A DNA stretch of 64,000 nt from a virus. The stretch lies in the IMG/VR virus record IMGVR_UViG_3300030339_000006. One strand, given 5' to 3'. The notes under the pieces are model-generated. The model did not search any database, was not told the origin of the DNA, and saw only the letters and a program-made list of their open reading frames with translations. Numbering within the stretch: the stretch's first letter is position 1; each line of letters starts with the position of its first letter. This document shows, one piece after another, positions 35,446 to 45,223 of the stretch. The position numbers were made by a program, and so were the translations under genes.

Positions 35446-35828
35446 ACGAACAGCTACAGAAGGCCTTGACAGAGCTGCTCAATAAGGTCACAACCAGTTT
35501 GGAGGATCTCTCGGGTAAGCTGCCGGAGCTCGTTAACCAGCTGATCGGCTACCACATCGTGAAGGAGTGGATCTACACAGGCCTGCTCTTGGCACTGTTC
35601 TCGGTGTTTGTGTTCCTGTCGGTTTGGTCGTTCAGAGTGCTTCAGAGATTTGAGCGAAGCGTAAAAACCCGGGATGATGAGGAAGCCCCCGGGTTCGTCC
35701 TCTTCGTTATGATATTCTTCTCTGTCGTAATCTTCATCATCATGGCATTCCAGATCGTCGAACTCGTCAAACTGTATTGCTTCCCGATGGTCTGGGTTCT
35801 TGATTACTTAAAAGAGGCTGTAAAATGA
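35442..35828 (+). CDS. Two-TM membrane protein (family B)
   Basis: MNEQLQKAL...FPMVWVLDY. Confidence 0.6.
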   Translation: MNEQLQKALTELLNKVTTSLEDLSGKLPELVNQLIGYHIVKEWIYTGLLLALFSVFVFLSVWSFRVLQRFERSVKTRDDEEAPGFVLFVMIFFSVVIFIIMAFQIVELVKLYCFPMVWVLDYLKEAVK

Positions 35829-36295
35829 TTCTCCTCCATGAAACGGACGACAAGAATGTCCTGGCTGCTGCAGCCGACCTGTCTACCCGTTCCGCAACAG
35901 AACGCCTGCGGGCGTCTCTGTCCGTCATTACCTGTCCGACCGGCCGCGTGGTGGTCACCCACCGTGCCAAAGATGGCCAACTCGGACTGCCCTGTGGTAA
36001 GCACGACGCCGGCGAAGACTCGCTGGAAACGGCCTACCGTGAACTGGAAGAAGAGACCGGGATTGGTAAAGGCTCTCTGCTCAACGGTCTGACCTTCGTT
36101 CAAGATATCAACTTCGAAGGCTGCATCATCTCCGTCTTCTTTGGGGAGACTGAAAAGGAAATTCCCGTCGGGCCGAGCAAAGGCTTCGAAGTGGAAGGTC
36201 CTGCCGCCTGGATGACGCCGAAGGAAATCATCTCGACTACTTCTCGCTTCCAGAACTTCAACATCGTCAGCTTATTCAACACGGGAGTACTATGA
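35825..36295 (+). CDS. Nudix hydrolase
   Basis: LPCGKHDAGEDSLETAYRELEEETG Nudix box. Confidence 0.85.
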   Translation: MILLHETDDKNVLAAAADLSTRSATERLRASLSVITCPTGRVVVTHRAKDGQLGLPCGKHDAGEDSLETAYRELEEETGIGKGSLLNGLTFVQDINFEGCIISVFFGETEKEIPVGPSKGFEVEGPAAWMTPKEIISTTSRFQNFNIVSLFNTGVL

Positions 36296-36687
36296 AGGTT
36301 AATATTCTGGATCCGATCACCAGCGATCGCTATAAGGATTGCTTCGTGGCATCTTGTCAGTTTCACTGGCAGGATGTTTTACCTGAATACCGCACGATCA
36401 GGATAGAATCAGAGGCAGACGTCCTGGACTTCATGAAACTCTGGAATGCCTGTGAAAACAAGCCGGCACCAGTCGGTGGGTACCTCTCCCTGAAAGAGTG
36501 CACGGATATGATCCAGACGGGGTACTGGAGTGATTTGGAAGACCTCTTCCCGTTCACTACTACTCCGAAATCCGGAGGTTGGGCTACACCGACCAGCGTG
36601 GAATTCGTCTACTATAACGAGCTCGGTCAAGCCTTCAAAGTGGAGATCGAACGTGATCAAGACACCGATACCAACAAAGTACTCTGA
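36292..36687 (+). CDS. Hypothetical protein (family C)
   Basis: C-terminal FVYYNELGQAFKV. Confidence 0.55.
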   Translation: MKVNILDPITSDRYKDCFVASCQFHWQDVLPEYRTIRIESEADVLDFMKLWNACENKPAPVGGYLSLKECTDMIQTGYWSDLEDLFPFTTTPKSGGWATPTSVEFVYYNELGQAFKVEIERDQDTDTNKVL

Positions 36688-36970
36688 TTGCTACACCCTG
36701 TCCGGCGCTTCCTTTGACACGATCAGGATCTCGGAGGAAGAAGCCCGCGGTATCATCGCGATGAAGGAGGCGGTGAAGCCTCTCATGAAGGGTACTATCG
36801 CCATCCACGCCCCGCAGATTTACTTCAAGCGGGCGTTCCTCTATCTCTCGGACATCACCGTTCACTGGTATAACGACCTCGGAGTCAAACATGACGTTTC
36901 ATACAAAGATGAAGTCGGAAGCCGTCTTCGCGATGAAAAGGCAACTCGCGGAAGCGGAACGGACTCTTAA
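36653..36970 (+). CDS. Hypothetical protein (family C)
   Basis: GGAG plus GTG start; VHWYNDLGVKHDV. Confidence 0.5.
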   Translation: MIKTPIPTKYSDCYTLSGASFDTIRISEEEARGIIAMKEAVKPLMKGTIAIHAPQIYFKRAFLYLSDITVHWYNDLGVKHDVSYKDEVGSRLRDEKATRGSGTDS

Positions 36971-37082
36971 CCTTATCACGTCCACCGCCAGAGCCCGTGG
37001 ATATACCCTTGATCTCAGCATTTCAGACAACGGCGAGGTTAAGGTCGCCGCCTCTGTCCCTTTGAATCTCCTGGAGGAGTAA
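36891..37082 (+). CDS. Small hypothetical protein
   Basis: GGAG RBS; TAATG overlap with the next gene. Confidence 0.4.
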   Translation: MTFHTKMKSEAVFAMKRQLAEAERTLNLITSTARARGYTLDLSISDNGEVKVAASVPLNLLEE

Positions 37083-38017
37083 TGGTCCAACTTAATCGCT
37101 GGAAAGAGTACGAAGTGATTACCGGGGAGAACCCGGACGTCTTCAAGTTCATCTTCAAGAATGACGACGCGATCGCCGAAACGGTACTCTATAAATACCC
37201 GACCTTCGAGAAGCGTACAGTGATGTGCATCTCGACACAGACCGGCTGCCCGATGGGCTGTTCTTTCTGTGGCACCGGTAAGTTCTTCGGTCGCAACCTG
37301 CACCACGAAGAGATTGTCGAGCAGGTTGACGTCATGATCGATCACTTCGGCCTGGACCTGAATGCCTCCGAGCGGACGCAGATCATGTTCATGTCAATGG
37401 GTGAACCGCTGCTGAATTTCTACGAGCTGGAGATCGCAATCCGAATCTTCCATCGTGACTTTCCGAAGACCGCTCTGCTGGTCTCTTCCTCCGGCCCATA
37501 CACCAAGGCCTGGGAAGATTTCATGACGCTGGCCAGCGAGGTCCCGACGATCGGCCTGCAGTTCTCCGTCCACGAGAGCACGAACGGTGCCCGCGACCGC
37601 TTGATCCCGATGAAGGCGAAGATGTGCCTCCAGCAGATTGCCTTCACCGGCTGGGAGTTCATGCAGACGACCCGTCGTAAACCGTTCTTCAATTACTGCG
37701 TCCACGCGGAGAACGCCACGGACGAGGATGTTGAGCGTCTGTTCGAGCTCTTCCACCCGAATGTTTGGGAAGCCACTCTCTCGGTCATCTGTACGCCGGA
37801 CGAGTCGGCCGAAGCCGTTAAGCACAACCTGGACTTGATCAACGAGTTCTCCGGCAAGTTAGTGGCGAAGGGTTACAACACCCGCGTCTTTAACCCAGCC
37901 GGCCAGGACGATATCGGCGGCGGTTGTGGTCAACTCTGGCAGGTCCAAGCCTTCGCGGCGGAGCATCCTGAAATGCTGCGTCAATCTCCGGGTGACAAAA
38001 TGAGGGAGCGAGCATGA
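37082..38017 (+). CDS. RlmN/Cfr-family (class A) radical SAM RNA methyltransferase
   Basis: CISTQTGCPMGCSFCGTG, MSMGEP, SVH, DIGGGCGQL with the methyl-carrier Cys. Confidence 0.85.
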   Translation: MVQLNRWKEYEVITGENPDVFKFIFKNDDAIAETVLYKYPTFEKRTVMCISTQTGCPMGCSFCGTGKFFGRNLHHEEIVEQVDVMIDHFGLDLNASERTQIMFMSMGEPLLNFYELEIAIRIFHRDFPKTALLVSSSGPYTKAWEDFMTLASEVPTIGLQFSVHESTNGARDRLIPMKAKMCLQQIAFTGWEFMQTTRRKPFFNYCVHAENATDEDVERLFELFHPNVWEATLSVICTPDESAEAVKHNLDLINEFSGKLVAKGYNTRVFNPAGQDDIGGGCGQLWQVQAFAAEHPEMLRQSPGDKMRERA

Positions 38018-38454
38018 TCGTTCAAGATCCCTACGGTAACGCTTTGATCTGCATCATCGTTATCCCTTTCGCATTCTTCGTCGGTTCCGCTTTGCTCCTG
38101 TTTGTGTCATTACTCCTGAGAAGTCTTTGGGCATGGATGGACGACAGTGAGCCTTGCAAATGCCCTCTCCTCCGGGCGTGTGCAGCGGCTTGCGGCTGGA
38201 AGTACATCTGGGATGATTATTTCGAGGAACGCCGCTGGAAGAAAGGTTCGAGAACGGTGAATCAGGAGGAGTTCATCGGCAGTTACTTCGGTGTTTGTAC
38301 GCTGCTGGGGCTGCTAATCGGTATTTACCTGCTGTCTGCCGGTGTGGCTCTGGGAGTTATCCTGGCGATCGCACTGGCCCACCTGACTCGCTTCACCCGC
38401 CGTCTGTCCAAAGCGTACAACAAACACGTAGAGGATAAGAATGCTCATCGATGA
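38014..38454 (+). CDS. Membrane protein
   Basis: Hydrophobic helices; ATGA overlap. Confidence 0.55.
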   Translation: MIVQDPYGNALICIIVIPFAFFVGSALLLFVSLLLRSLWAWMDDSEPCKCPLLRACAAACGWKYIWDDYFEERRWKKGSRTVNQEEFIGSYFGVCTLLGLLIGIYLLSAGVALGVILAIALAHLTRFTRRLSKAYNKHVEDKNAHR

Positions 38455-38821
38455 ACTGTTGGCAAAATGGCTCGAACCCTGCCAGACTATCCTCGATGCA
38501 ATCGACCCTGATAAGCCGGAGACCACTCGGGAGGAGTTCGCCGAGGTTAGGCGTCACTGGAGAGAGTTGGGTGACCCACGAACTATCTTCGGTATCCTGG
38601 CCGCCGCCGCGGACTCTTCCCGGGTTCGTCGTAATCTGGAGGATGAACTCCGTGTTCTCGAGACCCGACTGAAGAACTCCGAGGAAGCCCGTGAGCGTCT
38701 GGAGGACGTGCGAGATGGGAACGTTTGGTACTGGCAGGGAGCAGAAAATCACTTGGAGAGCTTGTCCCTTGACGTCGTCATCAAGCCTTCTGAACTTTTG
38801 GAACTTTTGAGGAAATCATGA
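38441..38821 (+). CDS. Hypothetical protein (Ead/Ea22-like)
   Basis: Coiled coil, then WYWQG.ENHLESL...VVI. Confidence 0.5.
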   Translation: MLIDELLAKWLEPCQTILDAIDPDKPETTREEFAEVRRHWRELGDPRTIFGILAAAADSSRVRRNLEDELRVLETRLKNSEEARERLEDVRDGNVWYWQGAENHLESLSLDVVIKPSELLELLRKS

Positions 38822-39150
38822 ATAAAGTCTACCCCACTAATGCCGGCGTCTGCCCGGTAAGTACCTTCAGCATTGACCGCTCCGCACTGAAACTGGGCTA
38901 CCGTGAAGTCTTCATCGGTACCGTGCTCTACGAGAATGGCCGGAAGGCTGAAGTCCTCATTCAGGAAGAGGACCTGCTGCTCGCCTTCAATTACTTCCTG
39001 GCTTGTTCGCAGGTTACCTGTAACCTCTACCGCACTCTGGATGGCGGGGATAAGTATATCTCCTTCGTGGATCGCGGTCAGCAGTTCGAAGGGTTCTATA
39101 TCCGTTACTATGATGAGAATGGCATGCCGTTCCGGGTGGATTTCGAATGA
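38818..39150 (+). CDS. Hypothetical protein (family C)
   Basis: IRYYDENGMPFRVDFE. Confidence 0.55.
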   Translation: MNKVYPTNAGVCPVSTFSIDRSALKLGYREVFIGTVLYENGRKAEVLIQEEDLLLAFNYFLACSQVTCNLYRTLDGGDKYISFVDRGQQFEGFYIRYYDENGMPFRVDFE

Positions 39151-39479
39151 CCTACACCAGAGCGGTAGTCGGTGAGTACGTTAAGCCGAAACACGTCAAC
39201 TGTTTCGTCGCAGACGTCTCTTGGACGGAGAACGACGGGGACCACGAGCAGAAGCACACGTACCCGTGGGACGAAGCAGATATCGTTCCTTTCGCCAACT
39301 TCTGGGAACTGGCCGGGGATACCGATGGGCCTGACGATATCCTGAAGTTGGAGGAGTGGGAACGTTGGGCTGACCTGTGGCCGAATCAGTACGAAAGTTC
39401 CACTCCCTGCTCTCCGGAATCTCTGCAGTTCTTCTGGTGTGATCACGTAGGTAATCGCAAAGAGGTGCTGCTAGGATGA
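39147..39479 (+). CDS. Hypothetical protein (family C)
   Basis: FFWCDHVGNRKEV. Confidence 0.55.
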   Translation: MTYTRAVVGEYVKPKHVNCFVADVSWTENDGDHEQKHTYPWDEADIVPFANFWELAGDTDGPDDILKLEEWERWADLWPNQYESSTPCSPESLQFFWCDHVGNRKEVLLG

Positions 39480-39802
39480 TTCGCCGGGCAACGATATCGC
39501 GGTCACCGAAGTATCCTGCCCGCTACACCTCTCGCTATGTCCTTCGGGTACATATCGGGATGGTTGAAGTCTTGGAGTTTGAAACAGAGGTAACAGCAAG
39601 GCTTTTTGAGATCGCTGAAACAATCGACCAGATGGTGGACCTTACCCCAGAAGAATATTCTGAGGTTTTCGGGTTCGCTTCCCTAAAATGGCCGATCAGC
39701 GACTGGACCGGACTGCCGGAGATGATCTGGAAGACTCAGAATTGCTGGTCAGCTTCGTGGTTTGACGCAAGTGGCGTAGAATATGAGGTAAACTTTGAAT
39801 GA
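39476..39802 (+). CDS. Hypothetical protein (family C)
   Basis: SWFDASGVEYEVNFE. Confidence 0.55.
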   Translation: MIRRATISRSPKYPARYTSRYVLRVHIGMVEVLEFETEVTARLFEIAETIDQMVDLTPEEYSEVFGFASLKWPISDWTGLPEMIWKTQNCWSASWFDASGVEYEVNFE

Positions 39803-40143
39803 GTGATTTTAATGACATTTTCGTAGACGATCTGATCGGTGCCATCAGTAAGGCCTTGATTTCAGAATCATCTGACGCTTCCGCGGTGTATTTAATACCT
39901 AAAACATTAAAGACATCTGTGACAATGGAACTTCAGTTGTGTGGATTTCAGACCACCGAAGGCTATCACGCCGTTCTGAGTAACTACCTGGGGATTTCCT
40001 TCGCGGAAATCACTGCGTGTTACCAGGAATGGTACATCGCCCACGTGGCCGCCCGGCCGTTTGACTTCGGGGTTCAGTTAGCACTGAGTAACGGACGACC
40101 GACCGGAGATATCCGTTTGGACTTCTGCATTAAGGATCACTAA
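39799..40143 (+). CDS. Hypothetical protein
   Basis: GAGGT RBS; ATGA overlap. Confidence 0.55.
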   Translation: MSDFNDIFVDDLIGAISKALISESSDASAVYLIPKTLKTSVTMELQLCGFQTTEGYHAVLSNYLGISFAEITACYQEWYIAHVAARPFDFGVQLALSNGRPTGDIRLDFCIKDH

Positions 40144-40200
40144 ATAGGTGCCACCTTCGGGTGGCCCTGCTATAATACCTCAAACTATAGGAGATACGCC

Positions 40201-40803
40201 ATGTATGCTAGCAACATTACCAGGGCGGCACGCCGCTTGGAAACGTTCGGGCTTACGTCAAAACGCTTTTCGCTCTACTTTTTAGCCACGTCAGTGATTA
40301 TGCTGATTATGGTCACGGTTCTCGTCCCCGGTTTTTCCCTGTTTCAGGTTCTGACCGGTTCATGCATGCTGATTCTCCCCGCAGCGGCGTACTTCTCGTC
40401 TACCGTCCTCGTGACGACCATGACCGGAGTCCGTTGGTGTAAGCTCAACCAGCCGCAGTTCGCAAAACGCTTTAACTTCAGCCTGAATGGCCCCTTCAAT
40501 GGAGTCCGATGGTTTGACCTCTTCTTGGCATTTCTCACCGGTTCTGCGGTGATGCTCGTTGACGTCTTTACGTTTGCCCACTTCGGGTACTACCCCCTAC
40601 TCTTGGTCGCTGCGATCATTCTCTGGCTCGTCGTTCTGTTCCGTCTGTACCGACGCTTTAAAGAATCCATCCAGGCACTCGAAGCCTTCTCGAAACGAGT
40701 GGCCTCACCGACTGATGAAATCATGTTGTCGTACGTCATGGAGGCTCGAAAGGGTAACGTGGAGATTTTGATCGATAAAAGGGACGCAATCGACTCCTTA
40801 TAA
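40201..40803 (+). CDS. Multi-pass membrane protein
   Basis: About 4 hydrophobic helices; AGGAG RBS; TATAAT upstream. Confidence 0.65.
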   Translation: MYASNITRAARRLETFGLTSKRFSLYFLATSVIMLIMVTVLVPGFSLFQVLTGSCMLILPAAAYFSSTVLVTTMTGVRWCKLNQPQFAKRFNFSLNGPFNGVRWFDLFLAFLTGSAVMLVDVFTFAHFGYYPLLLVAAIILWLVVLFRLYRRFKESIQALEAFSKRVASPTDEIMLSYVMEARKGNVEILIDKRDAIDSL

Positions 40804-40816
40804 CTTGCGATTTATT

Positions 40817-40824
40817 GGTATAAG
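40817..40824 (+). promoter_or_regulatory. GGTATAAG phage promoter-like motif
   Basis: Intergenic. Confidence 0.6.
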
Positions 40825-40847
40825 TAACATGTAGAATAGGAGCACTT

Positions 40848-41501
40848 ATGCAAATCTCATGTTATTTAGGCAAGTTCGACGTGGTGGAGTATCGCCATCA
40901 CACCTCACAGATCAGGGAGAAAGCCGTCACGGTGGACTCCCTGGCCTCCTCTCTTAAGATCGCACTCAAGGATTTACCGCGTGGTGTTCAGTACGTTGAC
41001 GTTGGTACCGTGGGGATTTCTGTCCCTCTTTCCCAGCTGAATAACTTCCTGTACGCCTGTGACGCTCCCGAAGAAGCCCGTAGTCAACTCCTGCTGCTGT
41101 TGCACTCCCGTGCCAGCGAGCCGGGCTTCATGTCGTACGCTCACCTGCACATCCAAGATGCTCTGACGGCCCTCGATCTGTATTACTCCGAAACGGGGTA
41201 CGATCAAGAGTATCCGGTCGGCGAGGTCGAGGAAACACTCTACCTGATCTACGCAGAGTTCCTGAAGGTAGGTTCCTATGACCCTCTGCTGATGCGAGTA
41301 GATAAATCACCGATGACAGCAGCGGAAGCCTGGATGTTAACGATGCTCGAGACCACGACAGCAGACGTGATCTTCGACTTCATCCGCCAGGGTGCTGAAC
41401 CGTCATCAATCCTGACTTACATCACGGCCACGCTCAAAGAACGGCTCATGCACATCTCCCGGGCTATTCTTGACATGACCTCTGACTTCACCGCGATATG
41501 A
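40848..41501 (+). CDS. Hypothetical protein
   Basis: AGGAG RBS; VPLSQLNNFLY weakly resembles the antirepressor-like family at 45629-50611. Confidence 0.6.
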   Translation: MQISCYLGKFDVVEYRHHTSQIREKAVTVDSLASSLKIALKDLPRGVQYVDVGTVGISVPLSQLNNFLYACDAPEEARSQLLLLLHSRASEPGFMSYAHLHIQDALTALDLYYSETGYDQEYPVGEVEETLYLIYAEFLKVGSYDPLLMRVDKSPMTAAEAWMLTMLETTTADVIFDFIRQGAEPSSILTYITATLKERLMHISRAILDMTSDFTAI

Positions 41502-42139
41502 AACCCATAATCCGACTCCCACACTCCCTTCTTGATTCGACCGGGGAGAAGTGGGTCTATGCTCAACACTTCCAAGTCCCGGACGATCCGAAGTTCTACT
41601 GGGTCGGCGGGGTACCTCTTCTGCGGGTTGAAGATCTTCCAGAGTTCATCATCAGACATGGCCTGGAAACGGCCTGTGCGGGCCTCTACGAGACGATCGT
41701 AGGGGACTGGTATGATTGGTTCGATTCCACTTCCAAAACGCCTGAGGGGCCTGCCAGGCGTTCTAACAGAGAGTCAACCAAAGTCGTTGATTCAGCAATG
41801 GCTCGCTTCGAGTCAATTTACCGTCAGCGGAAGGGCACGGAGTATGCCACTACCGTCGATTATCTTTACACACACTTCATGCAGATCATGGGTTTGGAAC
41901 GCAACGTGGAATGGGATGACCTCTCACAGTGGGAGCTCAGCCTATTGACAACAGTACAGATGGCCTTTGCAGGCATCATGCTGGCTTATCTCGACGGTCC
42001 CATGGAGATGGAGCTGGATGAAGTAATCCCAGTCACGATGTCGAAGTTGCACGCGGTCTTCAGTGGCGTGGCACTCTCAATGTCGTATGCAGTTGACAAC
42101 TTAACAGAAAACCTCAATGAATTTACGGAGAAATACTAA
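41498..42139 (+). CDS. Hypothetical protein
   Basis: Coupled ORF. Confidence 0.6.
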   Translation: MKPIIRLPHSLLDSTGEKWVYAQHFQVPDDPKFYWVGGVPLLRVEDLPEFIIRHGLETACAGLYETIVGDWYDWFDSTSKTPEGPARRSNRESTKVVDSAMARFESIYRQRKGTEYATTVDYLYTHFMQIMGLERNVEWDDLSQWELSLLTTVQMAFAGIMLAYLDGPMEMELDEVIPVTMSKLHAVFSGVALSMSYAVDNLTENLNEFTEKY

Positions 42140-42723
42140 TGTACGATATCTACTTGCAAGCCCTGGCGGTCTTGGAGGTCCTTGAGTGGGCCGAACGCCG
42201 TATCAAAAAGGGGCGACCGGTTCGGGTCGTCAGTCGTCTAGTTCGTAACGGTCTCTTCAAAGAGAAGGCCGTCGTGTACCTCCTGGATGCTCTGCGTCCG
42301 AATGAAGCTCTGCGGTTTCGTAATGCGGTGGCTACAATCGAGGGTCACTACGCTCGGTTGAACCTGGCAGACAAGGAATGGATTCGTCGGGAAGGACCGG
42401 TCGCTACTGGGTTTTACCTGTCCTATCTTAACGATCACACTCAGGTCATCGACACGGCATACCAGTTCCTCTTGGGTATGCCGATAACGACGGAAAACGA
42501 TCAGGTAGCCTCTGTGGCCGGTGTTCTGGTTATGTCGCCATCTTGGGTCGTCAAGGTCCTGATGGATGAAATCTCTCCGGAGAAAGTCCCGCTCGCCGGG
42601 GCTCAGGTGATGAATCTGTTCGCAGTAACTCTCAACTCGACCGTGAAGATGCGAATCCCGGATTCTCTCATCGAACGGTTTAATGAACTCACTGAAATGG
42701 TAAGGATAAGACTTAATGCTTGA
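42139..42723 (+). CDS. Hypothetical protein
   Basis: GGAG RBS; TAATG overlap. Confidence 0.6.
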   Translation: MYDIYLQALAVLEVLEWAERRIKKGRPVRVVSRLVRNGLFKEKAVVYLLDALRPNEALRFRNAVATIEGHYARLNLADKEWIRREGPVATGFYLSYLNDHTQVIDTAYQFLLGMPITTENDQVASVAGVLVMSPSWVVKVLMDEISPEKVPLAGAQVMNLFAVTLNSTVKMRIPDSLIERFNELTEMVRIRLNA

Positions 42724-43132
42724 TGATATCAAAGAAGGGCATCCGGTAGAGACGACCGAGGGCTACCCGATCGAAGTCCTAAAGATCTTCGACGGTTCGC
42801 ATGGGACTTTAATTGCCGGGATATACCGTGTAGGCCAGGGGGAGTACGTGTCGGGGTTGTGGGATGACGTGGGGTCTGCCCTACAGGATCACCCTGACTT
42901 GGAACTTCGGGAAATGGCCATGGACCTCCATTGGGATCTGATCCATGAAGATATTACGCATGTGGTAATGGACCAGGATGGTGATTTGGTGCTCTTTAAG
43001 GAGGAACCTGAATTGGGTCGTCATCACTGGCTATCCGACGAGGATAACTGGGAGGTCACCGGTCTCGTCAAGCTCCTTAAAACCCCGTATGACCCAGTGA
43101 ACTGGAAGTTCTCCCTCACGGAGCGTCCATGA
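42716..43132 (+). CDS. Hypothetical protein (paralog of 43410-43856)
   Basis: T..G..(I/V).VL N-terminus; ends SLTERP. Confidence 0.6.
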   Translation: MLDDIKEGHPVETTEGYPIEVLKIFDGSHGTLIAGIYRVGQGEYVSGLWDDVGSALQDHPDLELREMAMDLHWDLIHEDITHVVMDQDGDLVLFKEEPELGRHHWLSDEDNWEVTGLVKLLKTPYDPVNWKFSLTERP

Positions 43133-43413
43133 ACCTGCAACTGTCGGTGAAGGGAGAGTATTTTGACGCGATGGTGGCCGGCGAGAAGGTCTTTGAGTTT
43201 CGCGATCGAAATGAGTACTGGAAGAAACGCATCGAAGGCCGGGAGTACGACCGACTGATCATCACCAAGGGTTATCCCAAACGTGATGATCAGTCTCGTC
43301 GCCTGGACCTTCCCTACCTAGGCTATGAAGAACAGACGATCACGCACCCGCACTTCGGTGACGATCCGATTGACGTCTATGCCCTTCACATTGATATATC
43401 GAGGCGCCAATGA
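43129..43413 (+). CDS. ASCH-domain protein
   Basis: L.VKGEYFDAM.AGEK.FEFR...YW.KR, GYP. Confidence 0.8.
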   Translation: MNLQLSVKGEYFDAMVAGEKVFEFRDRNEYWKKRIEGREYDRLIITKGYPKRDDQSRRLDLPYLGYEEQTITHPHFGDDPIDVYALHIDISRRQ

Positions 43414-43856
43414 GACTGATTAACTTTGACCCCGCCATTCATAACCCAAAACGAGTACCGCTGTACACCAGTGATGGTTTTCGCGTTCGTGTCCTGCGAA
43501 CGGCCCGCTGGATTGACCGCAATTACTACGCCTGCTTGATCACCGTCAAGGACGGCTCGGAGATGGAGGGCTTCTACGTGGACAACGGAGTGTCGCTGTC
43601 GGGACGCCGTATCCTCATGGTAGACATCTCCGTCGCCCGGCCGGTGATTGATTGGTCTAAGATCCCGCAGCAGTTCAACCGGATCTCCGTAGACCACGAG
43701 AAAATCGTGATGCACAATCTCGATGAAGTCCCTACCCAATGGACGCCTATTCAAGAGGGAGTTTATGAGTACGCCCCGATCGAGGCTTATCCAAAGGGTT
43801 TCCGCAAGACCCACGCGAATCGACTTAAAGAACACTCACTTCAGGAACGCCCATGA
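43410..43856 (+). CDS. Hypothetical protein (paralog of 42716-43132)
   Basis: Ends SLQERP. Confidence 0.55.
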   Translation: MRLINFDPAIHNPKRVPLYTSDGFRVRVLRTARWIDRNYYACLITVKDGSEMEGFYVDNGVSLSGRRILMVDISVARPVIDWSKIPQQFNRISVDHEKIVMHNLDEVPTQWTPIQEGVYEYAPIEAYPKGFRKTHANRLKEHSLQERP

Positions 43857-44356
43857 ACTTCCAAACAGCACTGTCCTTCTACAAAGATCTCAACGAAGGT
43901 GTTACCGCCGTCATGTCTAGCGGTGAACTGTCCGCAGCCTTGAAGTTTCTCTCTCCGTCTCAACAGTTCGCCATGATGGCTGATATCCGGGCAAGGCAGC
44001 TGGAGGCCGTTGTCCTTCGGAGTTCCTACGACGTAGAGCTGAAACTTGGCATGGACGTGGTGGAGAAACACTCTGAATTCTTGGAAGACCACTACGCCAT
44101 TGCCATAATGAACCTCTCTTCGTTTCTCGAGGAGATCAAAGGTCTCGAGGTTAAGGGCCTGGAGCACGCTCAAATAACCATGGAGGTCCTTACCCGTTGC
44201 AATAACCGCCGACATGTCGGGATTGATTTGATCCATTGGTTAAACGACCCACAGTGGATCACCACCGTGTTCCTGCCGTTGATCAAGCTCGAAGACCGTG
44301 ATGCACTCTTCACTTCGTATAGCCAACACGTACTCCCGTACGTGACCAATAACTAA
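43853..44356 (+). CDS. Hypothetical protein
   Basis: Coupled ORF. Confidence 0.55.
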   Translation: MNFQTALSFYKDLNEGVTAVMSSGELSAALKFLSPSQQFAMMADIRARQLEAVVLRSSYDVELKLGMDVVEKHSEFLEDHYAIAIMNLSSFLEEIKGLEVKGLEHAQITMEVLTRCNNRRHVGIDLIHWLNDPQWITTVFLPLIKLEDRDALFTSYSQHVLPYVTNN

Positions 44357-44383
44357 GGGGACCTCCCCTTTTAGGAGACAAAA

Positions 44384-45223
44384 ATGAAAATATGGTATGG
44401 TTCAGATCTGCACTGCGACTTCTGGGAAGGCAAGACGATCACCGACTTCCTTGACTTGGCGAAGTACGACAATTATATCCTGGCCGGCGACACCGGTGAG
44501 TGGAAGATGGGTAAAGGCCCTTGCCGCCCGGCCGTCCTGGATCCTCTGCGGGAAGCCGGAAAGTCAGTCATTGAGATTGCCGGCAACCACACCTACTACC
44601 GTGGCGAATTGGCCCTCACGCTAGAAGATCTCTGGGATATGGATGACCGCCATCGGGATTACACCTTCTTGGAAAATCAATGCCGGGATTTCCCCGAGCA
44701 GCGTCTGCGTATCTGGGGTTCAACGCTCTGGACGAACTTCCTGAACAGTGAAGACTGCCGAGAGGCGGCAGGGATGTACATGAATGATTACCGTCAGATC
44801 CTGATGAATCGCCCTCGTGGTGACATCTATCTGCGTCCAGAGGATACTGAAGCGATGTTCTATAAGGCCCGGGCGTCCCTGAAGGAAGCCAGTGATGGCC
44901 TGCCGGCGGGCTGGCGACTCGTCGTCGTCACCCATCATGCCCCAACCCTACTGTCCGTCGGCCGGAAATTCCAAGATCCCCGCTACGCCAGGCTGAACGG
45001 CGCCTACGCGAACAACATGTATGATTGGCTCTGTGAGAATAACATCCAGCCCGACGTGTGGATCCACGGCCACATTCACGAGCGGGCGAACTACGAGTTG
45101 GACATCAACGGTCGAATCTGTCGTGTCGTGTCGAACACCTTCGGTTATCCGGAAGAGATCGACCGCTCGAAGTTCGCCGACCGCTACATCGAGATTCTTG
45201 AGGATCGAATTATCGTGGTATAA
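44384..45223 (+). CDS. Calcineurin-like metallophosphoesterase
   Basis: SDLH, LAGD, GNH, TLWT, THHAP, WIHGH.H. Confidence 0.9.
   Translation: MKIWYGSDLHCDFWEGKTITDFLDLAKYDNYILAGDTGEWKMGKGPCRPAVLDPLREAGKSVIEIAGNHTYYRGELALTLEDLWDMDDRHRDYTFLENQCRDFPEQRLRIWGSTLWTNFLNSEDCREAAGMYMNDYRQILMNRPRGDIYLRPEDTEAMFYKARASLKEASDGLPAGWRLVVVTHHAPTLLSVGRKFQDPRYARLNGAYANNMYDWLCENNIQPDVWIHGHIHERANYELDINGRICRVVSNTFGYPEEIDRSKFADRYIEILEDRIIVV

Noticed and set aside
34707-36874. GGTATAAT (34707) and GGTATAAC (36867) as promoter copies
   Set aside because: Inside coding sequence, imperfect, and without the downstream extension.
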